This document shows, piece by piece, positions 37,333 through 49,580 of a DNA stretch of 64,000 nucleotides. Location: the NCBI RefSeq assembly GCF_963921235.1, contig NC_086097.1, positions 49,974,001 to 50,038,000 of the forward strand, written 5' to 3'. Origin of the DNA: Mobula hypostoma. Its lineage: Eukaryota. Numbering within the stretch: position 1 is the first letter of the stretch; each line of letters opens with the position of its first letter. A program made the position numbers and the translations under genes. The notes under the pieces were generated by a model that was given only the letters and a program-made list of their open reading frames with translations, had not been told where the DNA came from and searched no databases.

Positions 37333-38467
37333 TACAAGGCATTTGATGAGGTACAGCATGCAAAGCTTATTGAGAAAGTAAGGAGGCATGGAATCCAAGG
37401 GGATACTGCTTTGTGGATCCAGAACTGGCTTGCCACAGAAGGCAAAGAGTGGTTGTAGTCGGGTCATATTCTGCATGGAGGCCGGTCCACTGGTGTGCCT
37501 CAGTGATCTGTTCTGCGACCCCTACTCTTTGTGATTTTTATAAATGACCTGGATGAGGAAGTGGAGGGATGGGTTAGTAAATTTGCTGATGACACAAAGG
37601 TTGGAGGTGTTGTGGATAGTGTGGAGGGCTGTCAGAGGTTACAGCAGGACATTGATAGGATGCAAAACTGGGCTGAGAAGTGGCAGATGGAGTTCCACCC
37701 AGATAAGTGTGAGGTGGCTCATTTTGGTAGGTCAAATATGATGGCAGAATATAGCATTAATGGCAAGACTCTTGGCAGTGTGGAGGATCAGAAGAATCTT
37801 GGGGTCCGAATCCAAAGGGCACTCAAAGCTGCTATGCAGGTTGACTCTGTGGTTAAGAAGGCATACGGTGCATTGGCCTTCATCAATCATGGGGTTGAGT
37901 TTAAGAGCTGAGAGCTAATGTTGCAGCTATATAGGACCCTGGTCAGACCCCACTTGGAGTACTGTGCTCAATTCTGGTCGCCTCACTACAGGAATGACAT
38001 GGAAACCATAGAAAGGGTGCAGAGGAGATTTACTAGGATGTTGCCTGGATTGGGGAGCATGCCTTATGAGAATAGGTTGAGTGAACTCGGCCTTTTCTCC
38101 TTGGAGTGAAGGAGGATGAGAGGTGACCTGACAGAGGTGTACAAGATGATGAGAGGCATTGATCGTGTGGATAGTCAGAGGCTTTCTCGTGTTGAAGTGG
38201 CTCGCACAAGAGGGCATAGTTTTAAGGTGCTTGGAAGTAGGTACAGAGGAGATGTCAGGGGTAAGTTTTTTACGCAGAGAGTGGTGAGTGCGTGGAATGG
38301 GCTGCTGGCGGCGGTGGTGGAGGTGGAAACGATAGGATCTTTTGAGACGTTCCTGGATGGATACATGGAGCTTAGAAAAATAGAGGCTATGGGTTAGCCT
38401 AGGTAGTTCTAAGGTAAGGACATGTGGGCCGAAGGGCCTGTAGGTTTTTTATGTTTCTATGTTTCTA
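37333..38467 (+). mobile_element. 5'-truncated CR1 LINE
   Basis: FINDLD, KFADDTKVG, LVRPHLEYCAQFWSP, FFTQRVV; (TTTCTATG)n tail. Confidence 0.9.
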
Positions 38468-39088
38468 AAGTGTTGACTGAGTATTTAATACAGTAAAAAT
38501 ATCAACATCAGCCAATCTCAATGTAGAGAGAAATATTTAGTGCACCATAATATTTTACAAACGTAATAATAGTAAGCACACAATGAACATAATCTTCTTT
38601 GTTAACTTGAAATAGCCCCTTTAATAAAGATTCCTTCAGAAAGTTTCATTTTACTTTTGAAAGCTTTCCAATGTTTTCAACTCTGGTGCAGGCTGTTGTA
38701 ATCAAGGAAAAATGCCTGTAACAGAACAAAACTCAACATAGTTTGATGTACGGGTTTAGAGAAGTCCAGCATGTTTACATGATTCGTGTTGCCCACGTCT
38801 GCCAAATTTACTCATGAACAGCAGCCTCTTGTACTTCAGCCCTTATTAGGCATGAATACAGAGCGGTGTGCTTCAAAGGATTACAGCAAGTATTCAAAGT
38901 AAAATCATGTATCTGATTGGTCAGTTTCCATTGTGATTAAAGAATGTCCTAAGCTGACTTCAATTCCTAGTCATTCCTCTGCGTTGCAAACAATACTGTA
39001 TTTGACTTTTCCAATTTGCCATTCTGGTACTGGTATATGATTAAAGCTATCCTTCTGTTTTTTCTTACTAGATTTTGTTTTCTTTCAG

Positions 39089-39215
39089 GTATTATCAGAA
39101 CTACAGGTCATGAATAACAAATACAGTGGTAGCTGTAGATTTCAGCACTTTCAATATGTTGTACCTATCAGAAACCAAAAACACACTGTGAGAGAAATTT
39201 CAGTTCAAAACAAAA
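39089..39215 (+). other. Candidate first coding exon of an unidentified gene
   Basis: Strong acceptor ttttgttttctttcag|, ATG at 39110 opening MNNKYSGSCRFQHFQYVVPIRNQKHTVREISVQNK, donor AAA|GTGGGT. No family recognised. Confidence 0.3.
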
Positions 39216-40361
39216 GTGGGTAAAATTCAACAGTTATAATTCCATCCATTGAAAACATGTTCAGTTTTAATTAGATAATAACGTGTAAACAATGTACATG
39301 CTCATGCTGGTATGGTATTAACCAGCTGTTACACAAAACTAGTCAGAAGTGTGAATAGGGGAGGAGACTTGGAAGAGAGTCCTTAAACCAGCAGTTACTA
39401 TCTTCTCACTACAAAGATTCTACCAATTTTTTTTCTTGGACTCTGTTTTTAAGCATTCATTTTGCCCGCATACCCAAAAATGATATTAGGGCTCTAGAAT
39501 TGGTAGAGGATCATGACTGACATTCTTAAATAGGTTGCCAATTGAAACAAGTGGGCATGCACATTGCATGGGTTACCCATTATTCTGGATTGTCTACAGT
39601 GGAGTATGGTTCTTCTGAACCCAGGAGACCATTTCTTTGAAGCTTTCTGCTGCTCAAAGAAACCTTCAGCTTGATGAAGTTAAAGCAACACAGGGATCCT
39701 TGCTGGGATCCTCAGCTGTTCACAAAGATAAATATTATTAACTTAGATAAAAGACTGTGTGTAAAATATCTAAGTGTGCTGACGATACAAAGTTAGTTTG
39801 AAAAGTAGTTGTGAGATGATCCAAGGGCTCTACAAAGAGGTTTATGCTGGTTATTCAAGAAATCAATAAAGTGAAATATGAGGGTACAAGTGCTGCTCGA
39901 AATAATAAAACAGAAAGAAGTTATACGATTTTCAGGTAGAGCAGGATTCTCGCTGTGCGAGCTCATCAGTTGCAGTAAGTAAGCATCCATGTACAAGTGA
40001 TTAGGAATGCAAATGCCATATGTTGTCTTTTATGCAGAGGATGGCTGGCTGAGACTGTACAAGGCTACATTCTTTCTTCAGCATGAAGATCATACTTGGA
40101 GAACTGTATGAAGTTTTGATCTCAAATCTGAACAAAGAATATACTGCTTTATGGTCAGTGATGTGCAGATTGACAGGATTGATCCTTGGAATGAGAGAAT
40201 TACAGACATCCCACCTCTCCTGGAAGTTCCGGGAGTCTCCCGCATATCGATAGTGGCTCCCTGATGCTCGGAAATTATATACAATATCCTGGAAATAGAT
40301 TTTTTTGAGCGGGAGGGGGAGAGAGAGAGCAAGCATCCTGATTGGTCTCTCGTCATGCTAA

Positions 40362-41536
40362 GAGTGGTTTCCAACCACCGGGCTGCGAGGAAGCGATATG
40401 ATTTGGCGATATGAAACAATATGAGTCAGCTGCATCTTTCCTCAATCCCTGTCATGCACTGTTGAATTTTAACGTATGCGAGGTCATCAGTGATCCAAGA
40501 CGTGCAAAGGAATGGGTCTGTGACCCACTTGTGAATGTCCCCAGTGAATCATCCATGTCAGCGCGGGAAAAAGATCAACTCCTTCAGCTTGAAAATGACA
40601 GCGGGCTGAAAAGTATGTTTGACATAACATCTCTGCCAGCATTCTGGATCAAAGTCAAGGCTGAATATTCTGAGATAGCCACAAAAGCACTGAAAACGTT
40701 GCTTCCATTTCCAACATGTTTCTGCGAAGCGGAGTTTTCTGCAATGAATGCAACGAAAACTAAATTGCGGAATGGACTGGACATAAGGAACCCCCTTCAA
40801 GTATCGTTGTCTCCCATCATTCCTCGATAGGACCATGCAGGAAAACAAGCCCAGGCCTCCCACTGACTCAGCGATACAGGTATTAGTGTGTTGCAATGAT
40901 TTTATATGTTCATACGAGGAAAATTATGCGCTGTCTGTTTAATATCCAAACGTTACTTAAAATGTTATGATGTTATTGAGTTATAAGTGACTTATAACTC
41001 AGTGGTCCCCAACTTCCAGGCCACAAAGAATACAGCGGTGACCGGAACACACCCAGCACATCTTTAAGAAAAAAAGCCAAAATAAACAAGCTAATTAATT
41101 AGGTGCTGCCTGGCACGTAAGTGTCGGCCCAGACCAGAGGTGATCGTCTCTGATCTGGGCCGACGTTTACATGCCGGGCAGCACCTCATCAATTAGCCTG
41201 TTTATTTCGGCTTTTTTCTTAAAGATGTGCTGGGTTCGTTCTGGCCACCGCTGTACCCTGCATTCTTCGCGGCCCAGAAGTTTGGGACCACTGTTATAAT
41301 TGACTTATCACTACATTCATGTGAGGAAAATATGCGCTGTGTGTTTAATATTAAATTCGTTAGATAAACCCCTTTAGAAACAAAATCGAGTGTATTAGCC
41401 ACTTACAAGTGACTTATAGTTGACTTATCACCTATATTCCGGTTACATTTAACACCCCCCCCCCGGGTTGGCCAGTCTGCAAGAATATTGTCAATATTAA
41501 ACCGGTCTGCGGTGCAAAACAGGTTGGGGACCCCTG
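40362..41536 (+). mobile_element. hAT-Charlie/Buster deletion derivative
   Basis: Transposase C-terminus FWIKVKAEYSEIATKALKTLLPFPT..CEAEFSAM..TKTKLRNGLD (40411-40830); right end GGTTGGGGACCCCTG. Left TIR is degenerate and no matching TSD was seen. Confidence 0.8.
41000..41293. mobile_element. Palindromic Charlie-type MITE
   Basis: Nearly the whole 294 bp is an inverted repeat (CAGTGGTCCC...GGGACCACTG); 8-bp TSD TTATAACT/TTATAATT. Confidence 0.9.
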
Positions 41537-41989
41537 ATTTAAACTAGCTGACTAGCTGCCGAGGAGCTACGCAATTGATGTCCTACGTGATGAGGCCAAA
41601 CTCCTTGTAGACTGCTTAAAGTCGTAATAGAATAAACATGATAATATAATATAAGTACGTACTTTAATGTCACATTTGCTGTACATACCCAACTTGGTTT
41701 ACAGATTAGACAAAATCACTAAACAAAGTATTACATACACCCTTGGAGGTGGACGGGGGGGGGGATTGTTGGGTGGGGGGATATGGGGTTGGGGGGGCAG
41801 GGGTGCTACCTTCCTGAAATGGTGGTGCTACTTTCCTGAAATGAGATTTTGCAGGGTGGGATGTCTGGGATTAGACTGAAGACTGGCCAATGCCTATGAA
41901 ATTCAGAAGAATGAATTGTTATCATACTGCACCAACATTCAAGTTTCAGAGAGACATTAACTGTTAGAGAAATGCAAAAATGCAAATGA

Positions 41990-43202
41990 TTCAATCATGG
42001 GCTGATCCAATTCTTCCAGTCATCCCCACTCCCCTGCCTTCTCCCCATACCCTTTGATGCCCTGGCTAATCAAGAATCTATCTATCTCTGCCTTAGATAC
42101 ACCCAATGACTTGGCCTCCACAGCTGCACGTGGCAACAAATTCCACAGATTTACCACCCTCTGATTAAAGTAATTTCTCCGCATCTCTGTTCTAAATGTA
42201 CATCCTTCAATCTTGAAGTCTTTCCCTCTTGTTCTGGACTCCCCTACCATGGGAAATAACTTTGCCATATCTAATCCGTTCAGGCCTTTTAACATTTGGA
42301 ATGTTTCAATGAGATCCCCCGTCATTCTCCTGAACTCCAGGGAATACAGCCCAAAAGCTGCCAGACGTTCCTCATACGGTAACCCCTTCATTCCCGGAAT
42401 CATTTTCGTGAATCTGCTCTGAACCCTATCCAATGCCAATATATCCTTTCTAAAATAAGGAGCCCAAAACCGCACATAATACCCTAAGTGTGGTCTCACG
42501 AATACCTTATAGAGCCTCAACATCACATCCCTGCTCTTATATTTTATACCTCTAGAAATGAATGCCAACATTACCTTTGCCTTCTGCACCACCAACTCAA
42601 TCTGGAGGTTAACCTTTAGGGTTTCCTACACAAGGGCTCCCAAGTCCCTTTGCATCTCTGCATTTTGAATTCTCTCCCCATCTAAATAATAGTCTGCCCA
42701 TTTATTTTTCCACAAAAGTGCATGACCATACACTTTCTGACATTGTATTTCATTTGTCACTTCTTTGCCCATTCCCCTAAACCACCTAAGTCTCTCTGCA
42801 GGCTCTCTGTTTCCTCAGCACTTCCTGCTCCTCCACCTATCTTTGTATCATCCGCAAATTTAGCCACAAATCCATTAATCCCGTAGTCCAATTCATTGAC
42901 ATACATCGTAAAAAGCAGCGGTCCCAACACCAACCCCTGTGGAACTCCACTGGTAACCGGCAGCCAGCCAGGATAGCATCCCTTTATTCCCACTCTCTAT
43001 TTTCTGCTGATCAGCCAATGCTCCACCCACGCTAGTAACTCACCTGTAATTCCACGGGCTGTTATCTTGCTAAGCAGCCTCATGTGCAGCACCTTGTCAA
43101 AGGCCTTTTGAAAATCCAACTACACCACATCTACTGCATCTCCTTTGTCTACCCTACTTGTAATTTCCTCAAAAAATTGCAGTAGGTTAGTCAGGCAGGA
43201 TT
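41990..43202 (-). mobile_element. CR1 fragment
   Basis: GVPQGLVLGPLLF, KFADDTKIG, LEFRRMTGDL, FNQRVVNLWN. Confidence 0.9.
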
Positions 43203-43209
43203 CTGCACC

Positions 43210-43795
43210 AGTCTTTATTGAGGAACCAACGGTTGAAAGAGTGAGCCGCCTCTAGTTCCCGGGCATCAACATTTCAGAGAATCTAATCTGAGCCTAGCAC
43301 ATTGATGCAAACATGAAGAAGGTGCCAGTGATTCTACTGCATTAGGAGTTTGAGGAGATTTGTTATGTCAGCAAAGGGTTTTGCGAGTTTCTACAGATGT
43401 ACAGTAGAGAGGATTCTGACTGGTTAATCACAGTTTGGTATGGAGCCTCCAATGCACAAGATCGCAAGAAGCTGCAGTGTTTTTGACTCAGCCATTTCCA
43501 TCATGGGCACAATCCTCCCCACTATCAAGGACATCTTCAAGAGGCAGTGCCTCAAGAAGGCGGCATCCATCATTAAAGGTGCCTGAAGACCTGCATGCAA
43601 TATTTTAGGAACAGCTTCTTCTTCTCTGCCCTCAGATTTCTGAATAGTCTATGGAAACCCATGAACACAATCTCATTATTCGTCTTTTGAATTATTTGTT
43701 TTTGTAACATAGTGATTTTTATGTCTTACATTATGCTGCAGCTGCAGAGGACCAAATTTTTGGCATACGTCAGTGATTATAAACTTGATTCTGAT
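43210..43795 (+). mobile_element. Rex1/Babar 3' fragment
   Basis: Resembles the Rex1 3' regions elsewhere in the window (ttctacagatgtacagtagagaggattctgac, ggaacagcttctt); tail ataaacttgattctgat. Confidence 0.7.
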
Positions 43796-43869
43796 AGAAA
43801 TAGTTGTCTTACTGTTAGCTAGAGAAATAACAAGGAGGCATTTTCTTAGGACAAGTGGTCAGTCATTCA

Positions 43870-44290
43870 GTTTGTCTTTAGACAGCCCCTTGAGTTCAAG
43901 GATGATTTATTTAATTCTTGTATTGTGGCTAATGAGGCCAATGTGGGCACTGCAGCCATTCCACAGATAGTATATATGGGGGCCTACTGGGTGGTAGTGA
44001 TATGGTCCACTGCTTATGTAGGGCCTCTATGAGCTGTTAAACACATTATTCTCCTGAATCCTCATTCTCCATTTTGAATTGTACTTGGCCAGAGATTCCT
44101 GGATGGAGTATATGGTATTCTTCAGTGATGAACACATTGTTGAACTTTTCCTCTTTGGTAATCTCTTCCCATGATGGAGCTCAGAACAGAGTGTTTGTGG
44201 TAGAGTCTGTTGTGAGGCATGGAATGATGTGTCCTGCCCAATGCAGTTACTTGAGTGCAATTCTGGTGTCAGAACTGATGACGATAATGT
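43870..44290 (-). mobile_element. Old RTE 3' fragment
   Basis: ELHHGKR..., ESLAKYNSKWRMRI resemble the RTE C-terminus. Confidence 0.45.
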
Positions 44291-44530
44291 CAGAGGTAGT
44301 TTTTTTTTACATAGAGAATGATAGGTGTCGGGACAAATTGCTGTGGGTGCAATTCGTACAATTAGGTAGGGATTGGTACAATAGAGAGGCAAATGGATGA
44401 AGGAGAAATAGAGGCTTTGGGCTATGTAGGAGGGAAAGGTTAGATTAATCATGGAGTAGGTTTATTTAGGTCACAAAATCGTCATCTGAAGGACCTATAC
44501 TGCATTGTACTGTTCTATGTTCTTTGTTCA
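44290..44530 (+). mobile_element. CR1 3'-end fragment
   Basis: ttttttacatagaga...ctgttctatgttct tail. Confidence 0.6.
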
Positions 44531-44889
44531 GATAACCTTGGTTCCAATATGTAATTGCTGTAGGTTGATTAGCTTCTTATTAGTTCTGAAGATTAGCTCT
44601 ACACACCATTGCAGCTAGAAAGATTGAGAGAAGTCTTGTTTGATCCCAGTCCTCACCAAGGCCATTAAGCACAGAAAATAAAGGGAAACTTATTGAAACA
44701 GTACAGGTCTACTGATTTATGCAAGGCTGAGATCAAGGAACCAAAAGACATGGGAATTAAGAAGGAAAAAGGACCTGCAACACAAAATATTATCAGAATC
44801 AGATATATTATTACTGATTTATATGACATGAAATCCTTTGTTTTGCGGCAGCAGTGCAATACAAAAACATAACATTACGTGATGAAATA

Positions 44890-45310
44890 TGGGTAAATTA
44901 AGAGGGCTAATGGCTCCTAACAGCAACTCCTTTGCTTGCATCTCCGTGAAATGGAGACATCTCTTTATCTCTTATTAGGGAGAGAGAGAGAGCCTGTGGT
45001 ATGTCGATTGCCGGGTGAACAAGTAGTCTCTGGAGTACTGCAAGTCTGTGTCTTTGCTGTTGCCTTGCTTACGCTTGAGTGCTCGGCGGGTGCTGATGCT
45101 TCTTTTTTGCCAGTGGGACAAGGGGGAATTGTTGCTTGCTGCCGCTGATGTGCGGGAGGGAGGAGAGCTGGGGGGGGGCGGTCTTTGGGGTTCTAACATT
45201 TAACTGTCATTCATTCTTTGGGGCACTCCTCTGTTTTCGTGGATGGTTGCGAAAAAAAAGCATTTCAGGATTTATATTGTATACATTTCTCTGACATTAA
45301 AACCTTTGAA
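44890..45310 (+). mobile_element. Non-coding short retroposon with Rex1-like 3' tail, inside a minus-strand Rex1 3' remnant (about 44790-45455)
   Basis: 3' end atttcagg..tatattgtatacat..tgacattaaa..tttgaa resembles the Rex1 tail at 54644-54715. Confidence 0.45.
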
Positions 45311-45459
45311 TTAAGAGTGCAAAAGAAGGAACTATTGGGTAGTGTCTATAGGTTCATGGACCATTCAGAAATCTGATGACAAAGGAAAGAAGCTGTTTTT
45401 GAATCATCGAGTGTAGGTTTTCAGGCTCTTTTATCTCCTTCCTGATGGAAGTTACAACA

Positions 45460-47225
45460 AGTATTCTAAAGGGACGATGAGTGTGGCTAACAAGGGAAGT
45501 CAAAGACAGCATAAAAGCAAAAAAGAGGAATATAATATAGTAAAAAATTAGTGGGAAGTTAGAGGATTGAAAAGATTTTAAAAATCCATAAGGAGAGAAA
45601 AGATGAATTATGAAGGTAAGCTGGCCAGTAAAAGAAAATACTAAATGTTTTCTTCAAATATATGAAGAGGAAAAGAGAGGCAAGAGTGTATATCAGACCA
45701 CTGGAAAATGATGCTGTAGAGGTAGTAATGGAGACCAAGAAATGGCAGGCGAATTTAATAAGTATTTTGCTTCAGTCTTTGCTGCGGAAAACACCAGCAG
45801 TGCACTAGAAATTCTAAGTAAGTGTAGTTGCTGTTACTAACGAAATGTGCTTGGAAAGTTGAAAGGTCTGATGGTAATTAAGTAATCTGCACCAGATGGA
45901 CTATATCCCTGGGTGAAAAAAAAGAGGGAGCTGAAGAGATTGTGGTGGTCTTAGTCATAATCCTTGAGGAATCTCTACATTCTGGGATAGTTTCAGAGGA
46001 CTGGAAAATTGCAAATGTCACTCCACTCTTTAAGAAGGGAGGAAGGCCGAAGAAAGGAAATTATAGGTTAGTTTGGCTGACTTCAGTGGTTGGGAAGGTG
46101 TTGAAGTCCATTATTAAGGATGACATTTTGGGGTACTTGGAACACATGATAAAATAGGTCATAGTCAGCGTGGTTTCCTTAAGGGGAAATCTTGCCTGAC
46201 AATTCTGTTGGAATTCTTTGAGGAAATAACAGACAGAGTAGACAAAAGAGAGTTGGTGGATGTTGTTTATTTGGATTATCAGAAGGCCTTTGACAAGGTG
46301 CTGCACATGAGGCCGCTTAACAAGATAAGAGCCTATGGTATTACAACAAAGATACTAGCATGGATAGAAGATTAGCTGACTGCAGGAGGCAAAAAGTCAG
46401 AATAAAAGGGGCCTATTCTGGTTGGCTGAGGGTGATGGAATTGATGGCTTTGCAGCCAAGTTTGCTGATGATACAAAGGTAGGTGGAGAAGCAGGTAATG
46501 TTGAGGAAGCAGATAATAGAAAAAGAAGTGGCAGATGGAATATAGTGTAGTGAAGAAGAAGGTCAGGCACTTTGAAAGGAGGAATAAAGGCATAGATTAT
46601 TTTCTAAATGAGAATCAAAGGTGCAAAGGGATTTGGGAGTCCTAGTGCAGGAGTCCCTAAAGGTTGAGTCAGAAGTAAGGAAGGCAAATGCAATTATTAA
46701 CATTTATTCAAGAGAGCAAGAATATAAAAGCAAGGATGTAAACCTGAAGTTTTATAAGATATTGGTTAGACTGCACTGTATTGAGAGCAGTTTTGGGCCA
46801 CTTATCTAAGATGGGATGTGCTGGCATTGGAGAGGGTCTGGAGCAGGTGCACGAGAATGATCCCTGGAATGAAAAGGTTAATGTATGAGGAATGTTTGAT
46901 TGCTCTGGGTCTACACTCACTGTAGTTTAAAAGAATGAGGGGGATCTCATTGAAAACTATCGAATATTGAAAGACCTAGATAGAGTTGACATGGAGAGGA
47001 TCTTTCCTATATTGAGTGAATCTAGGAACAGAGGGCACAACTGCAGAAAAGAAGGACATCCCTTTAGAACAGAGATGATGAGGAATTCCTTTAGCCAGAG
47101 GGCGGTGAACCTGTGCAATTCATTGCCACAGACGGCTGTGGAAGCCAAGTCATTGGGTATACTTAAAACAGATGTTGACAGGTTCTTGAATAGTCCAGGC
47201 ATCAAAGGTTATGGGGAGAAGGCAT
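45460..47225 (+). mobile_element. Decayed CR1 fragment
   Basis: EDWKIANVTPLFKKG, QRDLGVLV, FSQRAVNL..SLP. Confidence 0.88.
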
Positions 47226-47229
47226 GAAC

Positions 47230-49580
47230 ATGGTATGTATGGACTTAGTGAGGTCCTCAGTGATGTGTATGCAGAGGAAATTAAAGCTGTTCACCCTCTC
47301 AACCCCAGCTCCATTGATGTCAATAGGAGTTAGCCTGTAAGTCCTCCTGTAGTCCACAACCAGCTCCTCTGTTTTTGGGACATTGAGGGAGAGGTTGTTT
47401 TCTTGACACCACTGTGTCAGATGATGACTTCTTCTCTGTAGGCTGCCTCGTTATTATTTGAGATTAGGCCAATCAATGTAGTATCATCAGCAAATTTAAT
47501 TAGCAGTTTGGAGCTGTGGGTGGTGACACAGTCATGGGTATACAGAGAGTAAAGGAGGGGGTTTAGGACACAGCCCTGAGGGGCACCTGTGTTGAGGGTC
47601 AGAGGGGCAGAGGCGGGGGAGCCCACTCTTACCACCTGCCGGCGATCTGACAGTCCAGGATCCAGCTGCACAAGGCAGGGAGAAGGCCAAGGTTTCTGAG
47701 CTTCTTGTCGAGCCTGGTGTTGAATGCTGAACTGTAGTCCTAGAACAGCATTCTCACATAAGCATCCTTCTTCTCCAGATGTGTAAGGACGGTGTGTAGA
47801 GCTGTGGCTATTGCATCATCTGGTGATCAGTTGTGTTGGTAGGCGAATTGTAGCGGGTCCAGTGTTGGTGGTAGCATGCTGCAGATGTAATCCCTAACCA
47901 GCCTCTCAATGCATTTGCTTATTATTGACGTGAGTGCGACAGAACGCCTGTCGTTCAGACATGTTCCCTTGGTCTTTTTAGGTACAGGGACAATGGTGGA
48001 TGTTTTGAAGCAGGAGGGCACTCTACACTGGGAGAGGGAGAGATTGAAAATGTCTGTAAACACACCTGCCAGTTGTGCTGCACATATTCTGAGTACCTGC
48101 CCTGGGATGCTGTCTGGTCTTGCAGCCTTGCGACTGTCCACTCGTTGGAAACGCCTGTGTACTTCAGCCTCAGAGAGGACCAAAGTACAAGTCACTTCAG
48201 CAGCTCTCCTTGGGGGCTCAGTGTTGGTAACATCGAACTGAGCGTAAAAAAGATTTAGCTCATCTGGAAGAGAGGCAATGATGTTGGAAACACCACTGCA
48301 TTTACCTTTGAAGTCTGCAATGGTGTGCAGACCTTGCCAGAAGCTGCATGTGTTATTGGTGGAGAGTTGTGTCTGGATCTTGTCCCTGTATTTGTTGTTT
48401 TATTGCCTTGATGACTTTGCGTAGATCACAGCTGCACTTCTTGAGCTCATGCTGATTAGCAGCAATGTAAGCTCTGTGTCGCGCGATAAATGCTGTACGC
48501 ATGGAACTGTTGATCCAGGGTTTCTGGTTTGGATAGACCCTGATCGATTTCTGGGAGACAACATCCTCGATGCTCTTCTAGATGAAGCTCATGACCCCAT
48601 CCATGAACTCGGAGACATCCTCATCATGAAAGACATTCCAGTTGACGTCATCAAAGCAGTCCTATAGCACGGAGACCAATTGGTTGGACCAACAGTGGAT
48701 GGTTTTAACTATGGCCGCCTCTTATTTCAGCTTTTGCCTGTGCATCAGCAGCAGCAAGATAGAGGTGTGATCCTACTTTACAAATGGTGGGCGGAGGAGC
48801 GCTTTGTAAGCATTGTGGAAGGGAGAATAGCAGTGGTTGAGTATACTGTCTCCCCGTGTGCACACCTGGATGTGTTGCCAAAACTTTGGAGAGACTTTAG
48901 ACAGAAACGCTCTATTAAAGTCACCGGCGATGATGAAGGCAGCCTCTGGGTGTGCAGTCTCCAGGGTGCTGATGGTCTTGTACAATTCCTTGAAAGCCAG
49001 GTCAGTATCAGCCTGTGGCAGAATGTACACGGCTGTGATAATAACAGTCGTGAACTCCCTAGGCAGCCAGAAAGATCTACATAGCAGCACAAGGTACTCC
49101 AAATCTGGGGAATAAAAGGATTTGAGGGCATGCACATTCCGGGGGTTGCACCAAGTATTATTAGTCATCAAGAACATCCCACCTCCTTTACTCTTCCCAG
49201 AGAGATTTTTTGACCTGTCCGCCCAAAACAGGGAGAATCCAGAGGGCTAGATGGTGTGATCCAGTATCTCCTCTGTCAGCCAGGTCTCCATGAAGCACAA
49301 AACATTATGTTCCTTTGTTTCCTGCTGATAGGAGGTTCTGGCTCTCAGTCCACACGGCTTATTGGCCAGGGACTGAACATTAGCCAGGACTATGCTAGGG
49401 AGTGGCAGCCGATTAGCACATCATCTCAACCTCACCAGGATGCCGGCCCTTCTCCCTCGCCTCCAGCGCCGCAACCAAGGTGGTGGCGGTGTAATAAATG
49501 AATCTTCCAATGGATTGCATAAGCAGGGGTTCCCAGTGTAGAAAAGGTGGCATGATGTGGGTAAATGCCATCTTCCCACA
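47230..49580 (-). mobile_element. Rex1/Babar LINE (N-terminus, EN, RT), decayed
   Basis: RRGRRAGILVRLR, WLPREFTTVIITAVYI, AGDFN, RKAARPDSIPG, DPLQFAY, GAPQGCVLNPLLYSLYTHD, IKFADDTT. Confidence 0.9.

Larger units (their letters stand above)
40203..41867. mobile_element. Non-autonomous TIR DNA transposon (probably hAT-related)
   Basis: Perfect 13-bp TIRs CAGACATCCCACC / GGTGGGATGTCTG; flanks GAATTA / GGATTA (apparent 6-bp TSD). Confidence 0.75.
39680..41935 (+). mobile_element. Very old CR1 fragment split by nested DNA transposons
   Basis: Residual cagggatccttgctgggatcctcagctgtt, gctgacgatacaaagtt and gaaattcagaagaatga motifs on both sides of 40203-41867. Confidence 0.55.

Noticed and set aside
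40411..40830. Domesticated FAM200/SCAND3-like or ZMYM1-like host genes (also 35385-35681)
   Set aside because: Fragments are truncated and lie between transposon ends, so they are element remnants.
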